From Patescibacteria group bacterium (GTDB lineage Bacteria; Patescibacteriota; Patescibacteriia; Patescibacteriales; UBA12465): a DNA stretch of 64,000 nt. Position numbers and translations under genes: made by a program. The stretch's first letter is position 1. Every line of letters begins with the position of its first letter. Below are positions 32,999 through 42,367 of this stretch, piece after piece. The notes beneath the pieces are model-generated. The model did no database searches, was not told where the DNA came from, and worked only from the letters and a program-made list of their open reading frames with translations. The stretch lies in NCBI GenBank assembly GCA_041651355.1, contig JBAZJK010000001.1:549883-613882 (forward strand), given 5' to 3'.

Positions 32999-34300
32999 TT
33001 AAGATAGCATGATATCCTCTATCTCCATCAAGCGATTATATTTAGCTATCCTCTCTCCACGAGACAAGGACCCGGCCTTCAAATAATCCGCACCAACAGC
33101 GACCGCCAGATCGACAATGAAGTCATCGTTGGTTTCACCGCTACGATGGGAAACGATTACCTTATAGTTATGGCGCTGGGCAAGCTTAACGCAAGCCATA
33201 GTTTCGCTCAAAGTTCCTATCTGATTCGGCTTGATAATGATGGAATTAGCAGCTTTAGCTTGCAGCCCCTGACGCAAACGATTAGGGTTGGTGGCAAACA
33301 AATCATCACCGACAATCATCAACTTATCCCCCAGCTCGGCTGTTAACTCTGTCCAAGCGCCCCACTCTTCCTCATCTAGTCCATCCTCGAGGTATATGAT
33401 GGGAAATTTTTTCAACCATTCATTATATAAACCGATCAGATTGTCATTAGAAAATAGGGCGTTATCTAAACGGAAAACATACTTCTTCTGATTCTTATCA
33501 AATAAGACCGAAGAACCAATGTCTAGGCCGAGATTGATATCCCTTCCTGGCTCATAGCCGGCTTCGATAATTGCCGCCATAATCAGTTCCAGAGCTTGGA
33601 TACTAGAATCAATATCCGGAGAATAACCTCCCTCTAAACCAACCGCCGTGCTATAGCCCGATTCCTTGAGTATCCGACCTAAAGTGTGGAAGACTTCAGC
33701 ACCAGCTTGGATCAAGCGCTTGAGCGGGCGACCACCCTGGCTATTCTTAGCGCTTTGATAAAAAGTAGATTGAGCGCTAGGGATAACCATAAACTCCTGA
33801 AAATCTAAGCCGGTATCGGCATGGGCACCGCCATTAAAAATATTAAACAAAGGCAAAGGCAAGCGCTTAGGATTAGAAAAATTAAAAGTTCTCGCTAAGT
33901 AAGTATATAATTCTTCGCCGCTATCTAGGGCGGCCGCTCGAGCCGTCGCGAGCGACACGGCTAAAATCGCATTCGCCCCCAAATTCTTCTTAGTCTCGCT
34001 ACCGTCTAAACTAATCATCAGCTTATCAATCGTCTCAGCTTGGTCGACCTTCAAACCGATAAGCTTAGGTGCAATAACTTCGTTAAGCTTAGCAACAGCT
34101 TTGAGGACGCCTCTTCCCTGGAAACGGTTCTTTTCTTCATCACGCAAATCGTTAGCCTCGAAGCTTGAAGTAGAGGTGCCGCAAGGCACGGCTGCTTTAG
34201 CGCTGAGGCCGTTGCTCAGGGTAACTTTGGCTTCAAGCGTCGGTTCTCCTTTCGAGTTCAGAATTTCACGAGCAATGATGCTTTTTATTTTAGAACTCAT
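32999..34300 (-). CDS. eno: enolase
   Basis: 433 aa. Motifs include SKGEPTLEAKV, NGGAHAD, EDGLDEEEW, GDDLFATN, IKPNQIGTLSET and SHRSGETND. Confidence 0.97.
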   Translation of the reverse strand: MSSKIKSIIAREILNSKGEPTLEAKVTLSNGLSAKAAVPCGTSTSSFEANDLRDEEKNRFQGRGVLKAVAKLNEVIAPKLIGLKVDQAETIDKLMISLDGSETKKNLGANAILAVSLATARAAALDSGEELYTYLARTFNFSNPKRLPLPLFNIFNGGAHADTGLDFQEFMVIPSAQSTFYQSAKNSQGGRPLKRLIQAGAEVFHTLGRILKESGYSTAVGLEGGYSPDIDSSIQALELIMAAIIEAGYEPGRDINLGLDIGSSVLFDKNQKKYVFRLDNALFSNDNLIGLYNEWLKKFPIIYLEDGLDEEEWGAWTELTAELGDKLMIVGDDLFATNPNRLRQGLQAKAANSIIIKPNQIGTLSETMACVKLAQRHNYKVIVSHRSGETNDDFIVDLAVAVGADYLKAGSLSRGERIAKYNRLMEIEDIMLS

Positions 34301-34310
34301 AGTATAAAAA

Positions 34311-35483
34311 TTAAATGATTTTTTCTAAACCGGGCATTTTATCTCCTCCTAGATAAGCCAGCATTGCACCGCCAGCGGTCGACACCCAATCAACATAATC
34401 TTCCATCTTGCTCATTTTCAAAGCTTCTACCGTCTCACCGCCACCAACCAAGCCATAGGCGCTGCCCTTAGCTCGAGCGGCGACCAAACGAGCTAGACTT
34501 AGAGTCCCTTGGCGGAATCCAGGCGTCTCGAATTTTCCCATAGGGCCATTCCAGACGATTGTCCGGGCCTGTTTGAGATAAGCGGCAAACAGCGCGATAC
34601 TATCAGGGCCAATATCCAAAATCGCCTCCTTAGGCTTGATGTCGCCCAAGATCTGGGCTCGCGGCGAAGCTGTCTGCGAAGCAACCACGATATCTATCGG
34701 TAGAATTATCTTCTTATCCACTTTTCCACCCTTAAAAAATTGCTTGATTTCTTTATCCACGCCACTCTCACAGATAGACCGGCCGATTTTAATTTTTTGA
34801 AACTGAAAAAAGTTATTAGCTAATCCTCCTCCCAAAATAATTTGATCGGCTATCTTATAAAAACGGCTAATGAGCGGCAGCTTGGTGCTTATCTTAGATC
34901 CGCCTAGAACTAAAACCAAAGGATGCTTTGGCTTTAAAGCCTTATTTAAATTAGTGACTTCCTTCTCTAAAAGCAAACCAGCGTAGCTAGGCAAATACTT
35001 CTTAATCGCACTAACCGATGCTTGAGCGCGGTGAGAGACCGCAAAAGCATCATTCACATATAAATCCATCCCACGACTCAGGCGCTTAGCGAAAACCGGG
35101 TTATTATCAAGCTCACCTTTATCAAAACGCAGATTTTCTAAAAAAATTAAATTGCCCGGAGCTAGATCTCTAAGAGCTTTATCCACCAAGGGACCAAACA
35201 GAGCCGGAACGAATTTTACCGGCTTAGATAATAGCTTCTGCAAACGTTTAGCGATTACTTGGGTGGAATATTCAGGCTGTTTCTTTCCCTTTGGCTCACC
35301 CCAATGGGTGGCGACGACCAGTTTACATTTCCTTTCTAATAAAAAATTAATAGTTTCTAAACCAGCGATTATCTTATAATCCTCGCTGATCCGACGGCCA
35401 CGACGCGGCACATTAAAATCAACCCGCAGCCAGACTGTCTTATTTTTCAGGTTCTTTAACTTCCTTAAAGATTTAATAGCCAT
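34311..35483 (-). CDS. pgk: phosphoglycerate kinase
   Basis: 390 aa. Motifs include RVDFNVP, THWGEPKG, NLRFDKGE, VNDAFAVSHRA, WNGPMGKFE and STAGGA. Confidence 0.97.
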   Translation of the reverse strand: MAIKSLRKLKNLKNKTVWLRVDFNVPRRGRRISEDYKIIAGLETINFLLERKCKLVVATHWGEPKGKKQPEYSTQVIAKRLQKLLSKPVKFVPALFGPLVDKALRDLAPGNLIFLENLRFDKGELDNNPVFAKRLSRGMDLYVNDAFAVSHRAQASVSAIKKYLPSYAGLLLEKEVTNLNKALKPKHPLVLVLGGSKISTKLPLISRFYKIADQIILGGGLANNFFQFQKIKIGRSICESGVDKEIKQFFKGGKVDKKIILPIDIVVASQTASPRAQILGDIKPKEAILDIGPDSIALFAAYLKQARTIVWNGPMGKFETPGFRQGTLSLARLVAARAKGSAYGLVGGGETVEALKMSKMEDYVDWVSTAGGAMLAYLGGDKMPGLEKII

Positions 35484-35485
35484 AA

Positions 35486-36616
35486 TTATTTTCTTTCACC
35501 CAATTTAATATCAACATCCTGATCTTGTCCGTCCCGTCTATAACTCAAAGTAATCACGTCGCCTGCCTTGTGCTCAGCTAGAGCTTCACTAAGGCCGAAA
35601 CCGCCGCGCAATTCTTGGCCTTCAAGGCGGAGAATGATATCACCGCTCTTCAAGCCGGATTTAGCTGCCGGAGATTCCGGATCGAATATTAAGCCCTTCT
35701 CGTTCGGATATACTAAGGCGCCATAATTTATAGAATTAGCGCTAAGCTTGATCCGATCTAAATCCAAATAATACAAGCCTAGATAAGGAGCTCGGCTAGC
35801 CTTATCTTTCATCAAGCGCTGCCAACCAAGATCCAAATTACCCGCCAAGATCAATTCTTTATTATCATCGCTCAGAGCGACTAAGTCTCCCCCCAAATTG
35901 AAAACAAAAGCTTTTTTAAAATCATTACTCAGAGCATCAGCTAAGACTAGGCGCTCGGCACTCTGATCGCTGCTCCTGACCAGATTAGGCCAAACCTTAT
36001 CAACCAAGAATGTAGGCATAACCGCCCCCTTGGGACTGATTAGCAACAGACTCTGCCCCATTTGGAGAGACCGAGTATCCAACAGCTTCCGTACCGGCAA
36101 ATTACTGGCTGCTTGCAAATGGACAAAGATCCAGGGCTCGGCTTTTTCATAGATAAGCTGGTCTAACTTATATTCCTTCTTATCATAAGTCACCGCTACG
36201 AAAGCCGGCAAATTAGCCTCACTTAAATCTAATTTCTCCAAATCAGTTTGCGAAGCATTAAGAACCAGCCAACCATCGCTAGAGAGGATAAAGCCGGTAG
36301 CCAAGCTTTGGTCTAAATCATAATAAGCCAGCTTCTTGCTCTTGCTATTGTCGGGCAAGCGCTTAAAAATTCCGACGAAGCTAGCCTGGGCGGCATTATA
36401 TGTCTCCAACACTTTTAGGTCTTGATTAACGACGACCTTCTTGGCATCACTGATAATCAAATTAGGATTGTTGAAGGAGTTTAAATCTACTTCCTGATTG
36501 GGCAGATTAGAACGGCTATACTGCGATGACACAAAACCGGCTGCTGCGCCTGCCCCCATCGCTAAAATTACCATTAACAATAACCACCCATACAAATCTT
36601 TCTTTTTTTGAAACAT
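35486..36616 (-). CDS. membrane-anchored HtrA/DegP-like protein with PDZ domain but no recognisable catalytic triad
   Basis: 376 aa with an N-terminal TM segment. ATGFILSSDGWLVLNAS aligns to the GSGFII..DGYIVTNNHV block with the His missing. LADALSNDFKKAFVFNLGGDLVAL aligns to TDAAINPGNSGGPLVN with the Ser missing. The C-terminal PDZ reads SPAAKSGLKSGDIILRLEGQEL. Confidence 0.5.
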   Translation of the reverse strand: MFQKKKDLYGWLLLMVILAMGAGAAAGFVSSQYSRSNLPNQEVDLNSFNNPNLIISDAKKVVVNQDLKVLETYNAAQASFVGIFKRLPDNSKSKKLAYYDLDQSLATGFILSSDGWLVLNASQTDLEKLDLSEANLPAFVAVTYDKKEYKLDQLIYEKAEPWIFVHLQAASNLPVRKLLDTRSLQMGQSLLLISPKGAVMPTFLVDKVWPNLVRSSDQSAERLVLADALSNDFKKAFVFNLGGDLVALSDDNKELILAGNLDLGWQRLMKDKASRAPYLGLYYLDLDRIKLSANSINYGALVYPNEKGLIFDPESPAAKSGLKSGDIILRLEGQELRGGFGLSEALAEHKAGDVITLSYRRDGQDQDVDIKLGERK

Positions 36617-36631
36617 AATCTTATTGTTTAT

Positions 36632-37393
36632 CTAAAACCAGCGGGCACTCAAGATAAGGACTACGAACACGACCGAACTGAAAATCAAGTAAAACTTAAT
36701 CTTAGCCTTATCTAAATTAGAGCCCAGATAAAGACGGGCACAATTAAGCAAAATATAATAGACTAAAACGACTATCAAAGCTAAGAGTTGATAAGTAAAC
36801 GGCCAAAAGAACAGGACAGCAATCGTCTCTATCAATAATAGATTGACGATCACAAACAGATTGAGATTCTCCTTTATATTCAGCTGACAAATCTGCCAAT
36901 TATGGTAAACGACTAAAACGACAGCTAAGCAACTCAGAAAAAACAAGCTCCAGGTGGACCAGCTGACAAAAACCTGCAGGCTATAGATATTAAAGATAGA
37001 AGAAAATATTATTATCAGCCCGGCGCTTAAGGAAAAATTCGGCAAACGGTCGATCTGCTTCAAATCGTTCTTCACCCAAAAATTATATAATAATTTCAGA
37101 TAACGGCTTAGGAACAATATCAAAAAAGCGAAGATTATCTGGATAAGCCAGCGATTAACCAAGATGGTCGCGCTAAAAGATAAAGACGCAAAAAACAGTA
37201 AGGGCAAAAGGGCGTGTATCATCCACTTTTTGCCCAAGGAACTGCGTCGGGAAAAATACCTAATAACAAACACTAACCATATCAAAGCGAGGATCTCGAA
37301 AACAAACAAGAGCTTAGGCCAAAACATGAACGACTCTAAACAGACGAGTAAAACCAAGGGGCTGAGTAATAGAAACAATCTTGAACTTTTCAT
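36632..37393 (-). CDS. hypothetical polytopic membrane protein (about 8 TM segments)
   Basis: 253-aa ORF with an ATG start, very hydrophobic. It sits 5 nt downstream of the beta-propeller gene stop. No motif recognised. Confidence 0.55.
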   Translation of the reverse strand: MKSSRLFLLLSPLVLLVCLESFMFWPKLLFVFEILALIWLVFVIRYFSRRSSLGKKWMIHALLPLLFFASLSFSATILVNRWLIQIIFAFLILFLSRYLKLLYNFWVKNDLKQIDRLPNFSLSAGLIIIFSSIFNIYSLQVFVSWSTWSLFFLSCLAVVLVVYHNWQICQLNIKENLNLFVIVNLLLIETIAVLFFWPFTYQLLALIVVLVYYILLNCARLYLGSNLDKAKIKFYLIFSSVVFVVLILSARWF

Positions 37394-37398
37394 AAAAA

Positions 37399-39687
37399 CT
37401 AATTAGAAACGGCCGCCGAGCCACTTATCCCTCCGGCGGCTGGGGTAGATAGGGGCATAGGAACTGCCGGGCCAGGAGAGCTTGATAACTCTATCTTCTT
37501 CACTAAAGGTAAAGGTTCGGTTCCAGTAGCGGCCACCAGGCTATTTACCATAATGAACTTATTGGAGAAAGTATATAAGTCATTATTGATATATAAAGCC
37601 CGCTTGACAGAATTATCATAATAATTGAATCCTCCCCAGTAATCAGATTGATTATACTGGCCGCCGTCAGAATGGTCAATCCGGCCTTTCAATTCGAACT
37701 TATCATTATTTATATTGAAAACCAAGGCGCCACTGAAATTCAGCTTAGACGGCGCTCCGGCCAGTTCTTCTCTGAGGGAAATCGGAATCGATAATAAATT
37801 CTTGGATTTAGAAAATAGGAAGGCTTTATGATCAGATAAAGCGATGGAATCACTGAACTGGTTGCCGATGATATAACTACTACTTTCCTTGGGCTTAGTT
37901 AAATCAGTAAAATCGAACAGTGATAATTTTACGCCCTTTATTTTGACATTACCGCTAGCATCTTCTTCAGTCTCACGACCTAAACCGATAATCTTATTAC
38001 CATTCTCATCATAAGGGTGAATATAGCTAGAGAAACCTGGAATCTTCAGGGCGGCTAAGATTTTAGGATCTTCCGGTTTGCTTAGGTCAATCACATAGAT
38101 CGGGTCAGTCTGCCTAAAGGTAACGACGTAAGCGCGATCACCCATGAAACGGGCGGCATAAATCCTCTCCGTCGTACCGAGGTTTTCTAGACCGCTAACC
38201 ACTTTCAGATTCTCATCCAATACATAGACATTGCTATATGATTGCTGCTGCTCTTCGCTTTGAAAATTTGACCAGCTGCGGTTCTTGGTGGTGGCTAAGC
38301 GGAAATAGCCTTTATTCTCGTCCATGGAAAATTGGTTTAAAACCTGGCCATTGACCTGACCCATAGCTTTATATTCCAGCTTGTTACCGCTAACAGCAAT
38401 CTTGTAGATGAAAGTCTGTTCTAATTGGCGGGCCAAGTCGATATATTTTTGTTTCATCCTAGTCTGCCAGTTATCATCGAAGGTCTTAGCTTCTTCCGTG
38501 CCTAAAGAGTTGATAAACACATCAATAATCTGGGCGACCTTTGACTTTTTTTCAGCGGCGTTAAGGATAAAATTCTCGGTGGCTTCGATTTTAGCGACCC
38601 GATCCTTATCCTCCTGACTAAGACGGTCATAAATAAGTTCCCGTTTCACATCTTGCTGTAAGCCATATTCATCCAGATACTTCGTATAGGTGATATAGAT
38701 ATTATTATTGGAAACATAAATATTCTGCGTCCCATTAAGAAGATAGGTCTGGCCGCTGATTGCTTCGTTATTGTCATTAATGTTAACGGCGGTTACGGAA
38801 GTAAAATTATAAGAATCGTAAGGGATATTAAAATAATAGACATCCGGGGAATAGCAACGATTACCACTAATGTCGCATTTTTCCGGAATTACCTGCCCCT
38901 TATCCAAAACTCTCGGCAAGAGGGGTTCGCCGGCATCATAATAAGAATAATTATCAGTAATGAAATACAAATAGTCGCCAATCAAGCGGGAGCTCACATA
39001 AGATCCTTCAAATTCCAGGTCCCTGACCAAAGCCGGGTTTTTCCTGTCTTTTAAGTCAAACACTTTTAAGAAGGCATAGGGATTACGACGACGGAAACTA
39101 TCATAGATTTTGGCAGTATATATCTGATCATCAGCCCCGAAAACCACTAAACGGTCGCCAGTAACATAGAGGTCCTGGGGACGAGACTTGAAAGTTATCT
39201 TGCTAATCACCTGCGCTTCACTGGCTGGCTGTGCTTTAATGATATAAAGGTCGTTATAGACTAAAGCGTAAAGATAATTGCCGTCACTTTTGATAATGTC
39301 GCCTTCATCTACTCCGGCCACCTGAATATTAGTAGTGGAATAATCCGAGCCGGCTACGGGAGCGCTGGAAAGAGCAACATCGGTCGCGACGGCGTTAGTC
39401 GGAGCCATGGTCTTGACCATCATCTCGGCTCCTCGGCCGTACATCAAAGACGCACCGGCACCTCCGGGGTTAGCGCTCAGAAATTTTTTCAAGTCGTCGA
39501 GGTTGTTGAATTTTTTAACCGTAAAAGACTGGTCTTCGCCCGGGTTGTTATCAACCGGATTTTCCACCTGATTAGCCGGTTCATTACTGACGGGCGCAGC
39601 TTTCTTAAAAGGGTTCCAAGAGCAAGCGCTTAAAATAATCAAGAGGAAAAATAGTAGTCCGGCCAAAGGCCAATTTTTTTTGAACAT
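37399..39687 (-). CDS. beta-propeller domain lipoprotein (COG4880 / Beta_propel family)
   Basis: 762 aa. The signal peptide has a lipobox (LLIILSAC). The segment STTNIQVAGVDEGDIIKSDGNYLYAL and the later YAARFMGDRAYVVTFRQTDPIYVIDLS..P are characteristic of the secreted C-terminal beta-propeller family. Confidence 0.7.
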   Translation of the reverse strand: MFKKNWPLAGLLFFLLIILSACSWNPFKKAAPVSNEPANQVENPVDNNPGEDQSFTVKKFNNLDDLKKFLSANPGGAGASLMYGRGAEMMVKTMAPTNAVATDVALSSAPVAGSDYSTTNIQVAGVDEGDIIKSDGNYLYALVYNDLYIIKAQPASEAQVISKITFKSRPQDLYVTGDRLVVFGADDQIYTAKIYDSFRRRNPYAFLKVFDLKDRKNPALVRDLEFEGSYVSSRLIGDYLYFITDNYSYYDAGEPLLPRVLDKGQVIPEKCDISGNRCYSPDVYYFNIPYDSYNFTSVTAVNINDNNEAISGQTYLLNGTQNIYVSNNNIYITYTKYLDEYGLQQDVKRELIYDRLSQEDKDRVAKIEATENFILNAAEKKSKVAQIIDVFINSLGTEEAKTFDDNWQTRMKQKYIDLARQLEQTFIYKIAVSGNKLEYKAMGQVNGQVLNQFSMDENKGYFRLATTKNRSWSNFQSEEQQQSYSNVYVLDENLKVVSGLENLGTTERIYAARFMGDRAYVVTFRQTDPIYVIDLSKPEDPKILAALKIPGFSSYIHPYDENGNKIIGLGRETEEDASGNVKIKGVKLSLFDFTDLTKPKESSSYIIGNQFSDSIALSDHKAFLFSKSKNLLSIPISLREELAGAPSKLNFSGALVFNINNDKFELKGRIDHSDGGQYNQSDYWGGFNYYDNSVKRALYINNDLYTFSNKFIMVNSLVAATGTEPLPLVKKIELSSSPGPAVPMPLSTPAAGGISGSAAVSN

Positions 39688-39825
39688 ATATTGAATATAA
39701 AAGCCAAAAAGAACGGCTGAGCCGCTGGCTATGACATATTTATGCTATTTACAGTATATCATTTATCATCTGCGACCGCAATTTTAAATACGATCTTAAA
39801 ATCACAAAAAGCGGCTTAAGCAACC

Positions 39826-40431
39826 CTAATAGATTTGCACCTCCGTGCCCGTCGCGATCCGATCAAACAAATATTCAGCCGGACCGATTCCCAGGCGGAT
39901 ACAACCATGCGAGACTGGTTTGCCTAAATGATCACTGCCCTCACGATAAGAGTCGGGCCAGATGGGTAGTTCATGAATGCCGAACTCTCCTTTATTTAAG
40001 CCCAACCAAAAAGGCATCCATAGGCCATATTTCTTAGACCAAGCTTTTTTATACTTATTAAGTATCTTGAACTTCCCTTTCGGAGTATCCATTCCTGGCT
40101 TGCCACTAGAAATAATGAAACTCTTCAACTCTACTTCTTTAACTAAATAGAAAAGCTTTTGCTTCTTCAAATTGATCGCTAGCCTTTGCGGCAGCTTGAG
40201 TTTAGCACTTGATAAAGGGTCGTAAGCCCAATCAACTTCCAGACCATCCTTAAAACCATCTCCGTCAGTATCCGGACTATTGATATCCGTGCCGAATTTT
40301 ATCTCTAGCTCATCATCTAAACCGTCTTGATCAGAGTCAAGGGCCGCCAAGGCGGTCAAAGGAAAAAAAACCATTAACAATAATAGGCTGATGATGATAT
40401 GCCTATTTCTTTTTTGTTGATTTGAAAGCAT
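39826..40431 (-). CDS. L,D-transpeptidase (YkuD domain) with N-terminal Asp-rich calcium-binding-type repeats
   Basis: The catalytic motif is SHGCIRL. The N-terminus has DSDQDGLDDELE and DTDGDGFKDGLE (thrombospondin type-3-like). The ATG at 40431 is preferred over the track's GTG at 40437. The gene overlaps the upstream gene's 3' end. Confidence 0.85.
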   Translation of the reverse strand: MLSNQQKRNRHIIISLLLLMVFFPLTALAALDSDQDGLDDELEIKFGTDINSPDTDGDGFKDGLEVDWAYDPLSSAKLKLPQRLAINLKKQKLFYLVKEVELKSFIISSGKPGMDTPKGKFKILNKYKKAWSKKYGLWMPFWLGLNKGEFGIHELPIWPDSYREGSDHLGKPVSHGCIRLGIGPAEYLFDRIATGTEVQIY

Positions 40432-41986
40432 ATTCACAACCGCAAAATTTTTGGCGATAGAAACCTAAACTTTTAGCTAAATCCTGGGAACGGCGATAAA
40501 TATCTTGGACGGGCCAATCCCTATCTAAAAACTCCAAGCCATGCTTGGCGGCAATTTCTAAAGCAGCTTGGCGGATAAAGGCCTGGTTCTTGAAAGGACT
40601 AAAAGCCAAAGTAGTAGCAAAAACCTTGAAGCCCTTGGTTTTGGCCAAGATCGCTGTTCTTTCTAAACGATCGCTCAAACATAGTTCACAACGCTTAGCT
40701 CCTTCGGTTTCAGTCTCTAAACCCCGCACTCGGTCTCGCCAGGCTTCGTGAGCATATGGTTCGACAATCAGCGGCCAATTATTCCGAGCGGCTAATTCTT
40801 TGACATAAGACAAGCGTTTATCAAATTCTTCCTGAGAAAGAAGGTTGGGGTTATAGAAATATAAGGTTAAATCATATTGGGGTGCCAAGATCTCCTGGCT
40901 AGGATAAGCGCCACAAGGAGCGCAACAGATATGGAGCAGGAGACCTTCATGATCCGGCTTAGCTGGCAGTTTCTTCAATCTGGAAAAAGAGATAATAATC
41001 AGCATCATCAAGACGAGCAGGACAACCAAAGCTAAAAACTTTCCTTGGCTTTGGAGAAATAGGGCACTTAGCCCGAACAACAAAGAAAAAGAATAGAAAA
41101 CTACGACAGTCTGTTTTTGACTTAAGCCTAAGCTGAGTAAACGATGATGCAAGTGCTCCCGATCGGCCGATTTGAAGGGATTCTGCCTTTTAGCTAAACG
41201 GCGAATAATAGTCCAGACTAAATCTAAGACCGGCAATCCCATAACCAGCAAAGCGATGGCGATCTTCCCGCCAGAAATAATCGCCAACACGCCTAAGATA
41301 TAGCCAAGCAACAAAGAACCACCTTCACCCAAGAATATCTTGGCCGGATTAAAGTTAAGCACTAAAAAGCCAAGGCAAACCGCCGATAATATCAAAGCGG
41401 CCAAAGCAATATCCGGCTGATAATAACGAGTGGTCAGGGTAAAAAGAAAAATCACTAAGCCGCCGATAGCGCTCAAGCCTCCCACCAAGCCATCTAATCC
41501 ATCCAGGAGCTTAGTGGTATACATCATCCCCATCAGCCAGAGGAAAATCAAAACTGGGCTGGCCAAGGCCCAAGAAGATAAAAATATCCAGCCTCCGAAA
41601 GGGTTACTGATCTTTTCAATGTTGACTCCGCCGATAATCAGGATCAAGACTGCTAAAATCGGAAAGATTATCTGCCATTTAGGCGGCAGATTGTATTTAT
41701 CATCTAGGATCCCACCGATAATCAGAATGAGGGCGCCAGCGAAAAATCCCAGCCAAGGCTGATACGATAAGCCACCGCTAAGCAGTTCCGAACGCACTAG
41801 TAGTAATGTCAAAAAATAAGCGATGAATATCGCTACTCCACCCAAAAGAGGGGTGGCTAGTTTGTGGACCTTGCGCGCTCCGTCAGGCTGATCAATGATA
41901 TTGAATTTCAAGGCAATTTTCCTTACCAAAATCGTTAAGACCCAAGATAGGATAAAAGCGAAAATAGCCGGCCAAAAATAATCCAT
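40403..41986 (-). CDS. fusion ORF: polyprenyl-phosphate N-acetylhexosamine-1-phosphate transferase (GT4, MraY/WecA-like) plus C-terminal epoxyqueuosine reductase QueH (DUF208)
   Basis: 527 aa. Residues 1 to about 340 form a 10-11 TM segment GT4-like region (DDKYNLPPKWQ, LDGLDGLVGG, IFLGEGGSLLLGY). Residues 348-527 are QueH-like (LLLHICCAPCG ... YNPN ... RCELCLSDRLERTA ... TTLAFSPFK ... YRQKFCGCEY). An in-frame TTG at 40978 could alternatively start a separate queH. Confidence 0.65.
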   Translation of the reverse strand: MDYFWPAIFAFILSWVLTILVRKIALKFNIIDQPDGARKVHKLATPLLGGVAIFIAYFLTLLLVRSELLSGGLSYQPWLGFFAGALILIIGGILDDKYNLPPKWQIIFPILAVLILIIGGVNIEKISNPFGGWIFLSSWALASPVLIFLWLMGMMYTTKLLDGLDGLVGGLSAIGGLVIFLFTLTTRYYQPDIALAALILSAVCLGFLVLNFNPAKIFLGEGGSLLLGYILGVLAIISGGKIAIALLVMGLPVLDLVWTIIRRLAKRQNPFKSADREHLHHRLLSLGLSQKQTVVVFYSFSLLFGLSALFLQSQGKFLALVVLLVLMMLIIISFSRLKKLPAKPDHEGLLLHICCAPCGAYPSQEILAPQYDLTLYFYNPNLLSQEEFDKRLSYVKELAARNNWPLIVEPYAHEAWRDRVRGLETETEGAKRCELCLSDRLERTAILAKTKGFKVFATTLAFSPFKNQAFIRQAALEIAAKHGLEFLDRDWPVQDIYRRSQDLAKSLGFYRQKFCGCEYAFKSTKKK

Positions 41987-42367
41987 AAATATTTGACTCT
42001 ATTTAAAAAATCTGATAACTTATAAGCATTAATCGCAAAAAATAGTATTAACCTAAAAAATCAGAAGCATGACTGAACCGGAAGATGTAAAGAAGGGCTT
42101 AGCTGCCATCCAGATTACAAACAATCTGGAAGCCATCAACAGGAAACTGGAACAAGAAAGGAAGAAAACCTCCCCTGATCCTGACCGGATCAAAAAATTT
42201 AACTTCCAACTTTCCTGTTGCCGAAAAGGCTTGCTCAGAAAAACTTAAACCCTGGCTAAATCGGGCCATATCGCTACCACCCGACAAATCCAGGCGCGAT
42301 TAAAAAAATGAAAGGCATGAATATATAATCAAACAATTGATTTTATACTTGTGCCTTTCTTTTCGTT

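Noticed and set aside
42070-42287. Two mutually exclusive small ORFs in the 380-nt gap downstream of the Clp paralog: the track's 62-aa minus-strand ORF, and a 58-aa plus-strand ORF (MTEPEDVKKGLAAIQITNNLEAINRKLEQERKK...)
   Set aside because: Neither has a convincing RBS, promoter or recognisable motif, and they overlap each other. The plus-strand one looks more protein-like (helical, charged), but I cannot support either as a gene.
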